Assembly: GCF_009914755.1 (NCBI RefSeq)
Contig: NC_060928.1
Reading direction: 5' to 3' (one strand)
Source: the human T2T-CHM13v2.0 reference genome, Homo sapiens
DNA length: 64,000 bases
The notes under the pieces are model-generated. The model made no database searches and was not told where the DNA came from. It worked only from the letters and a program-made list of their open reading frames with translations. Numbering within the stretch: position 1 is the stretch's first letter; every line of letters starts with the position of its first letter. Shown here one piece after another: positions 27,191 to 42,828 of this stretch. Position numbers and translations under genes: made by a program.

Positions 27191-30100
27191 GCTAAAATGT
27201 ATTTTTCCAGTTTGATTCTAAGCAAATCCTTTAAACTTGTGCCCAGATAGATTTTGGTATCCGTACCTGATCTCGTGGCATCTGGTCCAGCCTTACAGTT
27301 TTTCAATGTATACTTGCTCTCAACTCCTCTGCCTCTCAAGTTGATTTCACAACTGATTCCCCAGATTCATCTCTATCCCACAGAAGTATTTATTTTCACA
27401 TGGCTAAAGTCATGGGGAGAAGAAGCTAACATCAACAATTCTCAAAAAGCCTTCAGGGTGAGAATTTTCCTTTTGAAACACCAAGAGTCTCTTAAACAGT
27501 AGACAAGTCACACGTGTGTCATCTGAAATGACATCACACCAACCAATGGCACACTATTAAATGCATGTAAATTCCCTGCCTTCCTCTTCAGAATCTGTTT
27601 ACGAAACGATTCCTAAACACAGATGGAGCTTTTTCTGCCGGCACATATTAATTTGTGTTTTTATTTATGCACTTCTGATCTTTGTGACGTTTTGTCCTTT
27701 AGCCTGACACCAAGTCATTTTTTATACATGTCCTGTGGAAAGGTGGCCCTTGCCCTGCAGTCAGCCTCACAAATCCCTGACACACACGCATGCATTTTTT
27801 ATTGTTCTCACATGTTGCTTAACAGCCTGCGTGATTACTGCTTTACAGCACAGCAGATGGGTTCTTGAATAGCGGTGAAACAGATGAGATGCTCAAATCG
27901 ATTGTTTTATCAACAATCAGTTGCAGATAAAAATCATTTTAATGAGAGAAATTAATGGTGTTTGCAAACATGATGTTAATTAAAGAACATTGCTTAGGCG
28001 GTTTTCTTCGCCTCTCTCTTTTTTTCTGCACACAACTTTTGGTTACCCGTGACATCTTTCATTATTGACTCATGCCCCAAAGAAAAGGCGATTAAAATCT
28101 GCTTTTGTTTGATGTAGCTTTTATTGAAGAAAGAAATAGATCTTTCTGAAGCTTCCTGGTGAGATGAAAGTCTAATTATCTCCACAAATGAAAGGAAAAG
28201 CTTTAATTAGGCCTGTGCTGAATCTGCGCACTGTGAATTTGTGCATTGTGATGGATGGAGCCCGCATCTCCTCCGTGACTGCCGTTGAAATAATGAAGGA
28301 AGAGGAGAGGTAGCCTACTCCCATGATTCAGCTGGCAGAGTGGAGTTGCAGGCACACCTGGGTTGTCAGCAAGTGCCCAGAGCAGCTGCCACGGGCCATG
28401 TTTCAGTGCTGTGCATTCGGCTGTTTTACAGCCTCCCTCTGAGCTTTGATCTCTTTTCAGACAGCAGGGGTCCTAACAAATCAAGCTTTTCATGTTTCAC
28501 TCAGTTTCACTCTCTTTTGCTTCCCCATTCACACTGGAACTCCAAAGAGGATGGATAAAATATTGTCTTTTTCTGAAGCAATTAATGATCAGCAGCTGAC
28601 ATTATTGAAGTGGGTATGATGCCTTACAAGCAGTATTTTAAGGTTGACCATAGGGAGGATTCTGGGGAAAGAAATGAATTATTTATTTAACTTTTTAGTT
28701 GTTTACTTCGGTGTTTGTAATGCTATTAATCATTTGCACATGAGCTTTAATACGTACATACACTTTTGGAAGTGTGCTGAACTGTCCGTCGGCTCTGAAG
28801 GGTGACACTGTGAATTATTTTAAACTGCTAATTGTCACATGGCAGAAAGCTAAAAATACCAAATACGGCTGGATCCCCTGTTTTGTCCCACTTTTGCCAT
28901 GTTGAATGTAGCTTGGTCTATTTTCATGTCATCCCACTGATGCCAGGAAGGTCAAACTCTGACTTGATCCGTCACTGCTTGATGTTAATCTATTCTTTTC
29001 AGTGAATCCAAAAGCACTTCTGACATCAAGAGTGACGATGGGGATTATTTCCAACACTTTTTTTTTTTTTTTTTTTTTTTTTTTGGCCAGGATTAAAAAA
29101 GAAGTTGGGAAGGGGGAAATGCTAACAAAATTGAGCAGCAGGTACAGGCAATTTGACCTCCCTGCTGCCTCCCACCTTTCTTTGGGTAGGAATTCCCTAA
29201 CATGAAAGAATGATGAATTTGTTTTAAAGGTTAAAAAATAAAGCCTGCAACCCGAGATCATAGGGAGGAAAGAAACTACACGTGGAACATGGCACTTTCA
29301 CTTACTCTAAGCAAAGGTGTAAACTGAAAGGCAATTTTCACGACCTATAAAAACCCTATCTGTAGGCAACACTTCTTTATTTACAGAGGTCAAAATTGGG
29401 CAATAAACTTGTTTGTTGAAGGGAATGTGGGTGAATTATCAGAGACAATTACTGGGGTGGCCTCTGATTTGTGGGATGGAAAATTTGAAATGAATGTTTT
29501 CTTGGATAGAGTTTATTACTCTCCTAAAATTATGAAACTTAGGCTTTCTGGCTAAGGTGCAATTTTTTTTTTTTACACTTTTGGTATTTTTGTTCGATCT
29601 CTTTGTAACTCTTCGGGCTTCCTTCCAACACTGCTCGTTCCTTGTCTCCTTGTCCCCTGCGAGAAAGCTTTAAGCCTCTGAGTTTAATCCTAGGGTATGA
29701 TCACTACTGTTTATAGATTCCATCCACAGAATTGACCTTCTTGCAGGTGGTTGGCACCCAGCAGGTGGGCCTTCTTAAGGTCACAATAAGGAATGGAAAA
29801 GGATTGAACAGAACTTGACAGCTGCCTCGCCCTAAGTGGAATGATTTCAGTTCTGGTCAAAGCAGTGCATAGGGAGGAAGGAATTTACGGAGGTGCTAAG
29901 GGTGAGGGATATTTAGAGAAAGTTGACACAAATTAAGAAAGAGTAGATGAAATCCAACAGTTCATTCAATGGCACATGTGAGTGCCCAGAGTGAATCCAT
30001 CCTTCCCCTACAATCACAAGGGTGAGGGGAATGTGGAAACATTTGTCACTCTATAATTTATTTCAGTGGAGTAGAGCATCAGAGTTAGAGAGTAAAATAA

Positions 30101-32129
30101 AACTAAAACTGAATGCCACAGAACAGATGCAAGCAAACCCCCTAATTAAATGCTCACTTTCCTCTTTTCAAGCTTTATCGGTGTCAACATTTAATTTCAC
30201 TCTTTAGAGCTTAGCACCGTCTCCTCCATATGTGAGTTCAATAGTGATATAAATGTCTTACGTGGGTGTGTGTACAATGCTTATTACATAAAATGGAAAT
30301 AGTGGCACAGTGGCTACATGGAACTCAGACGATGCTGAAAAGTTAGACCATATTTATTGGCAGTTAACTTTCACAGCAGAAAATATTTTTGAATTATTTT
30401 TTTCTTCCCTTTGAACATTGATATGGTATTTAGGCCATTTAAACCCAAAGTCAGAAAACTGACCATTCGAACAAGTAGAAAAAAAAAATGTGAGGTCCAG
30501 ACAAACAACATACCAAATATAACAAACAAACACAAAAACAAAGCCTCTGAGAGATTTCCCCCTGCTATCCTCAGAGCTGTCCATAATTTTCTGGTCCATC
30601 CACCCCAGATTCTCCAAGGGGTAAAAGTGTTTTGTCATAGTAGCCTCAAAATAAACAAGAAACAAAACAAATTAAACCTACTAAAGATAGATAAAATTAC
30701 TCAATAAAAAACATGAATAACCACACATTTTTTTAAAAAAAAGAAAGTGTAACAAAAAGGAAACAGATGTGTCAGACATCCTCATAAACACAACTAAAAG
30801 GAAATGACCCCGTTCTTTCTAGGGAATGGTGTCAAGGCAGAATTTAAGAAAGAGAAAGAAGCATCTGAAAGGTAACACGCAGCCAATGGGAGGTTCGTTT
30901 CTTAAAAGTCAGGAAAGCAGAACTCTGGTGAGGAGGGAGTGACTCTCTAAGGAGAATTCAAAGATAAGGTTCATCCTTTTTCTCACTCTAGAGTAAAGTT
31001 TTGGAGCTAATGCTCCATGTTTCTTAAATTATCTTAATCCTGGTATATTTAGAACTGTAATGTATGTAGAAGCTATATCCAGAACTGAAATCTGATATGG
31101 TAATGTCCTTAAGTTAACTTTATTCCCCCTTTTGGTAAGAAGGCCCATATGCATGTTAAGAAATACACATTTACTTTGGGGGGAGGGTGAAGAAAAAGCA
31201 AGCATTCAAGAAAATAGTTAAAATATCAGAAGAATATGAGTGGTCGCTGGAACCAGGGATGCCACAGAGATGTCCAATGGGCAGAGGAAGCCCTCATTCT
31301 AGAATCGCGGAGAAAGCTACTCTGTTTAGGAAGAAAAATTCATAGACAGGGCAGTGCTATGGCACCAGCTCAGTTTGTGTCGTAAGAGGAACAGCTATTT
31401 TTATCAATGTAATCATGCAATTTATACCAAACCTGTGGTTAATAATTTTTAAAACCTTGTCACAGCAGCCATAGGCAGACATTTGGAATCTTTCTCAGAT
31501 GAGAAGATGATGACATGGGAAACTTGCCCAAGGGATCCTAGCATGGGTCAGCAGAAGCTGGAGTACTGGGGGCCTCTCCTTGCTCAGGCCTGGAGGAGGA
31601 GGACAGAAGGAGCTCATGCGTGGGTACAGCAAGAAGGTGTTCTCACTTCTTCCTTTCCCTCCCTCGTAAGAGACGTTTGTTTGGGTTCACAGGCTGCCCT
31701 CTAAAACAGCAATCCTCCTCTTCACTCTGAGAGCCATGTCTGTACCTTGCTCCGGGTGATTTGACTCTGACTTCAAGAATGTAAAGTGTTCATACATACA
31801 TTCATTTATTTATTTACATGCTTATTTACTTGCCTACATGACAAACCAGCAAGAAAGGAGGGGTAGCCAATGAGTACAAGACATTTTCAGAAGAACTCGC
31901 CCTGGGGACCTGCTAGGAGAAGAGGGTAGTCGGGAGCTCTATAGTGGAGGACTGTGGACCACCAGCGGGTCAAAATGCCAGCGGGGTGTATCCAGTCACG
32001 GAAAACATTTCCAAAAGAAAGGCTTAAAATGGGATAGAGACAAAATTGGCCTACATTCCAGAGCTGCATGGACTTGTACTGAATATGGCACCGGGGGCCC
32101 CTAAGAGTCTGTGTTAGGGTGCCCAGCAT

Positions 32130-32530
32130 CACTCCCAGCTCAAAAACCCTTCAGGGGACTCTCCATCAGCCTCAGGATGAAGTTCGGAGTCCTCAGCACA
32201 GTCCTACAAAGGCCTGTCCACAATCTCATCCCTGCTTTCTCGCCTTCTTCATTGCTCACTACTGGCCCTCATGAGGTCAACATCCCAGATAGGCCAAGCT
32301 CCTGTGCCACTCTTGAAACTTCTCGCCACCCATTCAGGTCTATGCTTCCAGGCTGTGGTCCCCAGTCTACACTCTCCTCACTACTTCTGTCTCTCATGTA
32401 GGTGCTTATGCTGTGTTGTGGTCATCTGTCTCCTAACATTTCTCTTCTAGAACAGTCTACCACGTTCCCTTGAGGCCAAGGTCTACACAATTTTTCTCTA
32501 TATTCCCAAAGCATAGTGCAGCAGCTTGCA
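32130..32530 (+). mobile_element. L2 3' fragment
   Basis: GCTCAAAAACCCTTCAG...CTCAGGATGAAGTTC...CTTGAGGCCAAGG...TATATTCCCAAAGCATAGTGCAG. Confidence 0.7.
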
Positions 32531-35049
32531 GGAGCCAGAAGTAGAAACAGAGCCCCCTCTTTTTTTCTTAGTAAGAAAATGCCATGGAAGAGCAAAGAAG
32601 AGTGTGGAATTGACGTATCTTTGTTACCTAAAGTGTGTGTTTATGAATTATTGTAACTCAGACTTTCATGCTGTCTGGTAGCTCAGCTCCAGTTTCCTCC
32701 TTTACATTTTTAATACAAAAGTTCACTTCTTTTTGGAAAGGCTCAATGATTACAAACATCTAAATCCCACTTCGTCGCTAACTCATTTGTCACCCAGGCT
32801 CCTGTGCTTCCACCTGCGTTTGAAACCAGAATATATTTCTGCCACAGCCTGTGAACCAGCTTATCTACGGCACCTAAAAGTGTTTTTATAGGAAACAACC
32901 AAACATAAATAATAAATAGTGAAGTACATTTTACTCTCCTATCATAGTATTAATTTGCCCTCCAGTTCCTATGTAATGCATCAGGTGCACAAGTCTAGAC
33001 ACATTTAGATTAGAAACAGCCCAGAATGCATATTAGACGCATATTTATCATCTTGATTTATTAAGGAGCAGCTGCAGAATGATACTAATTAAGTGTCTGT
33101 GCTTTCTTTTTGAGACTATAATTGTTTTTTTAGAACAAGCAAAATGTAAGGAAACAAATGGGCAAGGGTATTTGAATGCATTAAATCTCTATTATATAGA
33201 CAATGTTTCTTTACATTTTTCTGCAACTTACACATTAAAGGAGGACATTCCCGTGGTTTACAAAAAGTTGTCTATAGTAAACATTCCTCTGAGACTTTTT
33301 TTGTGGTGTTATTTATACCATTTTGAGTCATTTAGCCTATAGTTCTGGAGCATCTTCTGCCTGCTAAACTCTGTGCTCTGTTTGGAGGGCTCTCATTGCC
33401 AAGTTCTCAATCATTCATAATTACAAAAAAAAAATCAAAGCAATATAAATATTCACATGCAAGGGAAATGCAAGGATCTTATAGGCTTTTAAAAATATTT
33501 TTGCTTTTCAGAATTTCTGTAGAAATTATATATTCTACTTTTACCAGCCAGAAGCAGAACAACTAGAACTCAATCAAAATTTTCTTAAAAATGTAACCGG
33601 AGGCCCTCAGGGTTTAGCTCCATTTCATACCAACACTAACCTAGAAAACTCAGATAAAAGTAAGTGCAATTTGTTTCAATTAGTTGTGACCATAAAATAT
33701 ATAAAGAAAAGGAAGGAAATAGTCCCAACAAGCTTATGTTAAGTCCAGAAAGACGGGAACAATAAGAGAACACCTTATTGCAAACTTCTGGCCTAATAAA
33801 ACACGCAATAAATAACCTCAAATCTCTGCTTCAACACTATACACAAAATATGAGCTTTTTATTGAAAAAGAAAATCTTCACATTGTCATAAAACAGCTGA
33901 GGCTTTAACAGTAGGTCCTCCCTGCATCTAATCCTGTCGCTTGTTTTCTTGTCCCTGTAATCGTTCCTGAAGTTCATACCGTTTAAACACATCCTGAGTA
34001 CAACCACCTAAAACCAGCCACTTGACGTAGGCTAGCTCTTGGTAAGGGGTGATTCACACCACAGCATGAGACAGGTTTTCTTTTATTCCTTTTCCTTTTA
34101 GAGAAGCAAAGCTGACTTTTAAAAAGTTTACTAGAAAATAATTTTCCACCTCAACTAAGAAACATATAAATATTTAAAAACATGAAATAAAGAAATACCA
34201 CAAGCACAACACACATAATCCTGTCAATCCATAGTAAATAATATGTATTTTAATTGTATGAAATGAGAATTTAGAGTTTGGAAAACAGTAAACACTTTTA
34301 ATCCTTCAAAAACCTAATTCAAATGAGATTTTTGAAGATTTTGACTCTCACTTATAACTCCGACCCTTTCCACAACAGTGTTATGTTACTGTGAAAACAT
34401 AAACTTTTTAATTCCATTTTTAAAATTGTAATTACAGTAAAAAGTTTTTAAAAAAAATTTAAAGCTTTGGTTCACTGACTTACTCTGTGCCTACCTCATT
34501 AACATCATATTGAAAATTCCAGGTGTGGAGGAAAGGTTGTCATATATTCAGAGCATTGAACTCTTTTCTTCAACTCAGTCTAATCTGTACTTTTGCTACA
34601 AATTTTCCTATTAAAAAAAGTGAAATAAAATCAGTAGCAGATAATTACATTTTTCCCTTGAATTTTATAAAAATTTAAGAGATTTTTCCATTTATGGAGT
34701 TTTACTTTAGCTCACTTGGCTTTGCAAATATTTGTAAGAGTACTATAGTTTTGAAGCAATGAGCCTTGTTGAGGCAGCGTGCGAAGGTGTGTTAGGGTGA
34801 GATGGGGGATTCTGGTCAAAATGGCAGCTGTTTGTGACTCCTCAGTTCTGTAACTATAGCAAAGTCTAAGAAAAAAACAAAACCATCTGCTTAGAAAGGC
34901 TAAATGTACACTTCAGAGTGTGAATGAAAGGTAATTTACGAAACATTCTGACATTTATTATTGCAAAACCTGAGGCGTGGTAGCCACTCGGGAGGGCTGA
35001 AGAATGGATATGGAATGGAAATTTCAGGCAACACACTAGGCATTTCCCA

Positions 35050-35200
35050 TATATTACAGCAACACCTTGGAACAGACTTGTGAGACAGGTCTTGGTTATC
35101 CCTATTTTATATGTCAGGTAACTGACGCCAAACGATGTTAGGTGAATTCTCTAAGGACTGGCTTTATTAAAAAGTGGTACAGCCAGGGCTGAAGTCCAAG
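35050..35200 (-). mobile_element. MIR SINE
   Basis: TTATCCCTATTTTATATGTCAGGTAACTGACGC core-like sequence. Confidence 0.55.
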
Positions 35201-35966
35201 TCAGTTTTTGGTTAAAGGCAATCTTCAATTGCATGAAACTTTCATATGCATAACTGCATACAACCAACCTTCTACAATATGTAGTGGGGCTCACACATCA
35301 AGTTCCAGTTCTCTTACAACAAAGTGTATGAAAAATTTTAGTTTGTGCAAATGATTAAGGAATTGCCTCTGCTTTCCCCCGGCTCACATTTTTCTACTTG
35401 GAAACATCATTTCTGCCATGTCTTACTGTGTTCTCTTTGCTCTCATCATTGCAAGTGGTTGGGACAGGTTGGACTTGTCATTTCTTGCATTAGAGTTTAT
35501 TGCGTTCACTGAAGATCGTTGTCCTTCTCCTTTGCGCATACTTGAAGCAAAATGTTCCTAAGGCTGTATTTCTAGGACCCTTCTCCAATTTGCATTGAAA
35601 AGATCTGCCACAAATACCCAGGAAAGGCCTATCTTTAGCACACTGTCTCTTTTCCTGTTTTCTGCTTGCTGCCTATATGTTCTACCCCAATATCAGAGTC
35701 GAGTCCCAAAAATGGTGAAAGGGACATTTAAATGTGCTCTTCTAAGCAGAAGTCCAAATAGTGGCTTGAGAGTTCGAATTGTGTCTAGGGGTTAAAATAG
35801 ATGACTCCAGTTCACTCTTTAAAATATTCATGTCCTAATACTTTTCCTGTGACACTGTTAAATACCTCTTCCTTATAACTCAGTGGTTTTGCTGCATCTC
35901 CATTACCTCCTCACTGTTTATTCCATGATGAGACATTGTTCTGAATCTCATAAAGAAAGAGCTAAG

Positions 35967-36550
35967 ATCTAGAACCTGAAACAACATTTGATCCAGCAAT
36001 CCCCTTACTGGGAATATACCAAAGGAATATAAATCATTCTATTACAAAGATACATGCATACTTATGTTCACTGCAGCACTATTCACAATACCAAAGGCAT
36101 GGAATCAACCCAAATGCTCATCAATGGTAGATTGGATAAAGAAAATATGCTACATATGCATCATGGAATACTATGCAGCCATAAAAAGAAACAATATCAT
36201 GTCCTTTGCAGGTACATGGAGGGACATAGATGGAGCTGGAAGCCATTATCCTCAGCAAACTAACCCAGAAACAGAAAACGAAACACTGCATGTTCTCACT
36301 TATAAGTAGGAGCTGAACAATGAGAACACATGGACACAGGGAGGGGAACAACACACACTGTGGCCTGTTGGGGGTTGGGGTCAGGGGAGGGGAGAGCATT
36401 AGGAAAAATAGCTAATGCATGCAGGGCTTAATACATAGGTGATGGGTTGATAGGTACAGCCAACCACCGTGGCACACATTCATCTATGTAACATACCTGC
36501 ACATCTACCTCAGAACTTAAAATAAAAAATATTTAAAAAAAAAAAAAAAG
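35967..36550 (+). mobile_element. 5'-truncated primate L1 (older L1PA) 3' end
   Basis: ORF2 C-terminal remnant (MFTAALFTIPKAWNQPKCSSMVDWIKK), 3'UTR with G-tracts and poly(A). Perfect 15-bp TSD AAAGAAAGAGCTAAG at 35952-35966 and 36551-36565. Confidence 0.96.
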
Positions 36551-36665
36551 AAAGAAAGAGCTAAGGCTAAGGGAATCAGACCCAAAATCACATTCTGTGA
36601 GGGAATGAGAGCATAGACTGAAGAGCTAGATACTTAGTCCCAGGCCCCAAAATAACAATAGTCAT

Positions 36666-37170
<505 letters not shown>

Positions 37171-38552
37171 TTTGTACTGATGCACTGTTCAGCCATTGTA
37201 ATGCCCCCTTAAAATCCTGGGCTTATACTCTGGTTTGTACACTGTCATGTATTCAACAGCCAAAGAGTGACAATTATATCCTTAATGAATGTAACTAAAC
37301 AGAGACTGGAAATAACTGAAAAAAAAAAAATCCCTCAGGTTCTGTAAGAGATGGAAGGGAGGACAAGACTGTTCTAGAAGCAGATGATGAGGCCTTTTCA
37401 ACCCATTGCCCATTTTCTTATTTTATGAGGAACTGACATTATCTGACTCAATTTTCAGCCTCTGGAATGATATGTGCAATGTCTATTTCTGAATCACTAA
37501 TCTTTTCCAAAGTCAAATAAAGCTCCTATCTGGGAAGGAGATGGCCCCAGAGTGTAGAGAATAGGTACCCATAAAAGGTGGGGACAGAGAAATTGTGTTA
37601 AGCCTGAAAAGAGAGCAGAGAAGTTAGCACTGGCCCTGCAGAGCCAGGCTGTACCTCTGCAAAATGCTTTTGTTACCAATTATTACAGAAATGCTACAGG
37701 ACTCAGGATATTAACAAAAACTTCTCTTCGCACACACATATCTATGGTAGGGTTTATTCCCTTGGCACATCCCAACAGTTTTACAATTGGTTTGTTCATT
37801 TATTTTTCAATAAGCAGAATGCTTTTTCCACTTCACAACTATTTCATAATAGTGCTGATGTCTGAACCACAGGGAAAAATCTGAATGATTCACACACGCT
37901 ATCCTGTGTACCAAATTTTCTCCCACATGCGGCTTTGCAAGTGATAATAGAAGAATTCTCTATGTTTATGAAACATGCCCTTTCATTTTGGTTTGTTTTG
38001 GTTTGGATAATATCTTGGTGTATATTTCAGATTTCACCTAAGGAACCAGCACTGACTATTTTTCTGGGTTTTAATTAAGCCCTTTCCAGCACGCTCAGGT
38101 TCACTCATTCAAAGCTATCCACCACATCCAAGCAAATCAGACGGAGGGATTAACACGTGTTGTGTAGTAATCTTGTTGTATTTGTGTTCATCTGTTCATC
38201 AAGGGAAAAAAAATAGTCAATTTAAAGTGACATGGGAGTGGCAATCCCTGTCTTTAGGCAACGGTTGTATAATTGACCTCCTTTAGCATTTAATTTCTCA
38301 AGCCTCTAGGAAGCTTAATTTTGAACATCAAAGAGGTACCTGTGGAAGAAACTGTTCCAGACTGGTGAGTAAACAAATTAGAGTTAATAGGGTCATTAGC
38401 TTTTGTGGTAAAAAATTTGGACTGGGTATTCCTCACTAACAGATATGTAAACTGTCAGCATGTGGGGTTTTTTTTTTTAACCCTTTAAAAATATAATTAG
38501 ATTTAGAATTTGACAAGATGGTATATATTCTTTGCTTAATGGCACTTCTTAG

Positions 38553-38893
<341 letters not shown>

Positions 38894-40577
38894 AGGGCTT
38901 GGTTTTTATAACGCTAAAGTGTTTATGAAAATCCTTCCTAGCCACCTATAATCCATACTGATAAATATATTCCTGTATGTCCATGAATGACAGAGTTCTG
39001 TGGATCCAGCCACACTGGGAGAATCGTACTGTCCCATCCAAGGTACCAGTTACGTAACAAAGCACCTGGGTTCTAATTGCCCGTAGTACAATATGGACAG
39101 TGAGCTGTTTAAATACGTTGAATACTCATCAAGATACAAGGTTTAGCAGGGAGATTAATAAAAGAGTTCGTTTTTCACTAAACCTCAAGACTGGTGAGTA
39201 ACAAAAAAAATATATGTTTAACTTAGGGAAAAAGCAAATATTTGCTAGCTTTGACAAAGGAGATTGTGGCAGCTATTTAGACTGGAAATCTGCAGCTGGG
39301 CAAGCACATCCAGTGGAAAACCACCTCCTAACTGTGAAAACTTATTGTACCAGCAGGATATGGGAAGTGACAACAACAATGAAAGCTAAGGCAAAAAAAT
39401 AAAAGAAAAACAGAGTGAGGCAGAGATCGTGTGGTGCTCTGTGTTTTAAGATGTGTTTGGGAGCTGCGGGATGTAACTTAATTATGAATAAAGATTTCCA
39501 AATGTATATTTACTCTTTCCTCTCTGAAAATATAACTTATTAAAGCATTGTTGTAGCTATTCTCATAATTAGTACAAATTGGTTTGACACTAAAAGTCTT
39601 TTTTATTCTCTTTTGTGTATCTTCTGTTAGTTCTATCAGAAGAAAAATGTTTTATTCCCCATTACTGTTTATATCAAAACAAAACACATAAGTTTAAAAA
39701 TAAAAATGCTATGATTACGATTACTTAAGGTTTTTTGAGAGGCATAATTATGTTGGATTAGATGAACTATTCGGAGATTGTGATGTGATATTGAATAATT
39801 TTAAGCTTATAGATTGTTGTTACATCATTTTTATTTAGTGTTAGATCAATCACGTTTTCACTTACGGAAATGAAAATACTCATTACTTGTAATTACTATA
39901 TTGCTGACTTTTTTGAAATTGTTCGTGGGGGCTGGGTGGAGGAATGTTAGCTGTTGAATTTCAGTGTCAGTGCCTCTAAGCCATAAAATTCTGAAAAATA
40001 GAAATACCACAATAAGCAGAGGCTGTTGGAAAGCAAACCTCAGTGAAGGAAGTTTAGCAAAGCCTGTAGGAATCAAACAGACAATACCCACATGACTCGT
40101 TCGGCACATGCAAGATTTAGAATTGCTCAAGTCAGAATTTCTTTCTTATTTCCCAATATTTGCAGCAAAAAATACCCACATGGAACTCAGGCCTGTGAGG
40201 CCGCCTGGCCACTGAAGTCATTTTAGGTTTTGGGTTAGCAAATGAAGCATTAAGCTTTTCTACAAGATGGTGGCAAAGCCCCAAATCCTCTACTCTTTTC
40301 AAGCCTAGCCATCCTTAGAGAGATAAACTCTGAGAAGCCATAAAGGCCTTAAATTTACCACTTGTAAACAGCCTTATCATTTGATGTGGCACTGACACAC
40401 CACTTCTGCACAGTACAGTAGCATCCTGCACCGTGGGAAGCCGTGCCGCCCTGGCAGAAGGGAGAAAATGCTGATGTGATTCCTTCTGCTGGATTGATGG
40501 CCTGAATTTTGGAATATTTCTGTCCAGGAGATACTGCTCTCACTCTTTCACCTTTGCAACTGTCATGGGGTACCTGC

Positions 40578-40613
40578 GTGTGTGTGTGTATGTGTGTGTG
40601 TGCGTGCATGTGT
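40578..40613. repeat. Interrupted (TG)n microsatellite
   Basis: Seen directly. Confidence 0.85.
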
Positions 40614-40689
40614 ACATATATCTCTAAGGAGATTGAAAGGCACATGACTGAAAGACAGTTTTGTAACAATTAGGCAAGTAACTATGCCT

Positions 40690-40725
40690 CAAACAAAACA
40701 AAACAAAATAAAACAAACAAAAAAA
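40690..40725. repeat. (AAAAC)n simple repeat
   Basis: Seen directly. Confidence 0.85.
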
Positions 40726-41981
40726 CCTCTAGTTTTTGTAAGGAAATAACCACGAAAACCACTTAAATAGCTTTGCCCAAGAAAGGAGCAAAGGTTTTCA
40801 GGAAATAAAAGAATAGCAGAGGTGAAAAAAAATCAATCCTGAAAGAAAAAGAAAAGTCTTTTCTTTTGAACAGATGGAGCTTTCTCTTTCAGTATCTACC
40901 TAATGAAAATGAAGATATGGATAATATCAGGCACCAAATGCAGGCTTTGGTGTAGACTCTTGTCTGTCCATGTTGAACGCTCAACAATTTCACGACCCCA
41001 GAAGTTCCAAGCATCTGCATGTTTTACCTGAATTAATCATGTGGCATAAATTAAAAGTAAATCATCAATCATCATTAATTATCTGTTCCACTGATGCCTG
41101 CACTTTCTTACACTTTAATCTTCATTAACATCTAGAAAAGAGAAAATCCCAGAGGGCATGCCACATGTGTTCCTCTGTTGCGTGTAGGTCTCCCCAGAGC
41201 TCTCAGCCACTCAGCAATACAGCTCTCCTCAATGGGAAGCTGATACCACCAGGGCTTTTTCTCTGAATACTTCAGATTAAATCAAAAGGCTTAATTTGAG
41301 CAGCCATGGGCTAAAGCAAGATTCAGCTCTTTACATCTGAGACCCTGGCGCCCTGTCTCTTGAGCACCTTCTACAACACTTGAACCACATCCTGTAAGAT
41401 TCAGGTGGATTGCATCCTGGAGGAGCATGGCAGCTTCTTCATTCAGATGAGGTTCCTCGCTCTTTGTTATGAGCTGCTCTGAGCAAAAATAACTCTTACC
41501 GATGCCATTAGCTTTCTTTAGTTCTTGTTAAATATATAAGCTTTGTAAGTGTGGTCTGGTGTACAAAAATGGCTTGCAGTAAGGTTACTTGAAACAGTTT
41601 ACTTGGAAAGGTGAAATGTGAAGCTATTTTGATGAGATGTGTAATGAATGATCGATTTTATACAGAAGTTTCCCGTTTTGCTTTGTATTGTTTCCTCTAC
41701 TGAAGGATATAGACTGTCTTGACATGCGTAATCGTAACTCAAGGATAAAAGATTATATTGTGTACAACAATATCTTTAAGCACTGGAACCACTTTGACTA
41801 TCCCCATCAATACACTAGTCTCTAACTATAAATACAAGCTACTCCCTCCCTTCCTCCCTCAGCACTGCCATGCTTTGCTTGCAATTCTCCTCCCTTCTTC
41901 CCACATGTCAGTCATTACCAAGCATGTATGAAATGGTCCATTCTATCTGCATCTGCTAAAGTCACTTAAGAAGCCAATGTG

Positions 41982-42329
<348 letters not shown>

Positions 42330-42828
42330 TCAGGCTGGGTGCTATGTATAGAGCAGATACATCATTATACTTAAAATATCACCATGTTATACTCAACAAA
42401 ATTTCACATCAATGAGAAGATCTTTCAAAAATCATAACAGTACTCTTTAAAGCTGAAGACATTTTGTGCTTGTACACCTGGTCAAAGAGAGAGGTTACTT
42501 TTATTATCTGTTCTCAAGCTTCTAAAATGTTCTGACATGATTAGAATGATCTTATGAAAATCATTCTGTTACACCCTGATTCACCAAGCAGATCCTCCAG
42601 AAAGAGCCTCCAACCTTTTTTCTAAACATCTTGCTTTTAGAAATGGTGATTATTAGAAAGACTGTGGTGATATGTCTTTCATTAAGGTTAGAAATGTAAG
42701 GATTTGATATTTCTTGTAGCATTGAACTGATATTAAAAAGCCAGTAAATTTGGAGAAATAGATAGACAAATCCAGCATCTATTCTTCTTGAGGTCTCCAA
42801 CTATGTTGTAGCCATAGTTTTCAGAACC

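Noticed and set aside
29755-29772. CTCF-like CCAGCAGGTGGGC
   Set aside because: It deviates from the consensus in the GGCGC part, is isolated and has no other support.
36054-36399. ORFs with reverse-transcriptase-element similarity
   Set aside because: A decayed L1 ORF2 C-terminus and 3'UTR in a truncated copy, not an active element.
42561-42828. Possible inverted 5' part of the EPCAM cDNA (twin priming)
   Set aside because: I could not recognise EpCAM N-terminal sequence on either strand upstream of the retrocopy.
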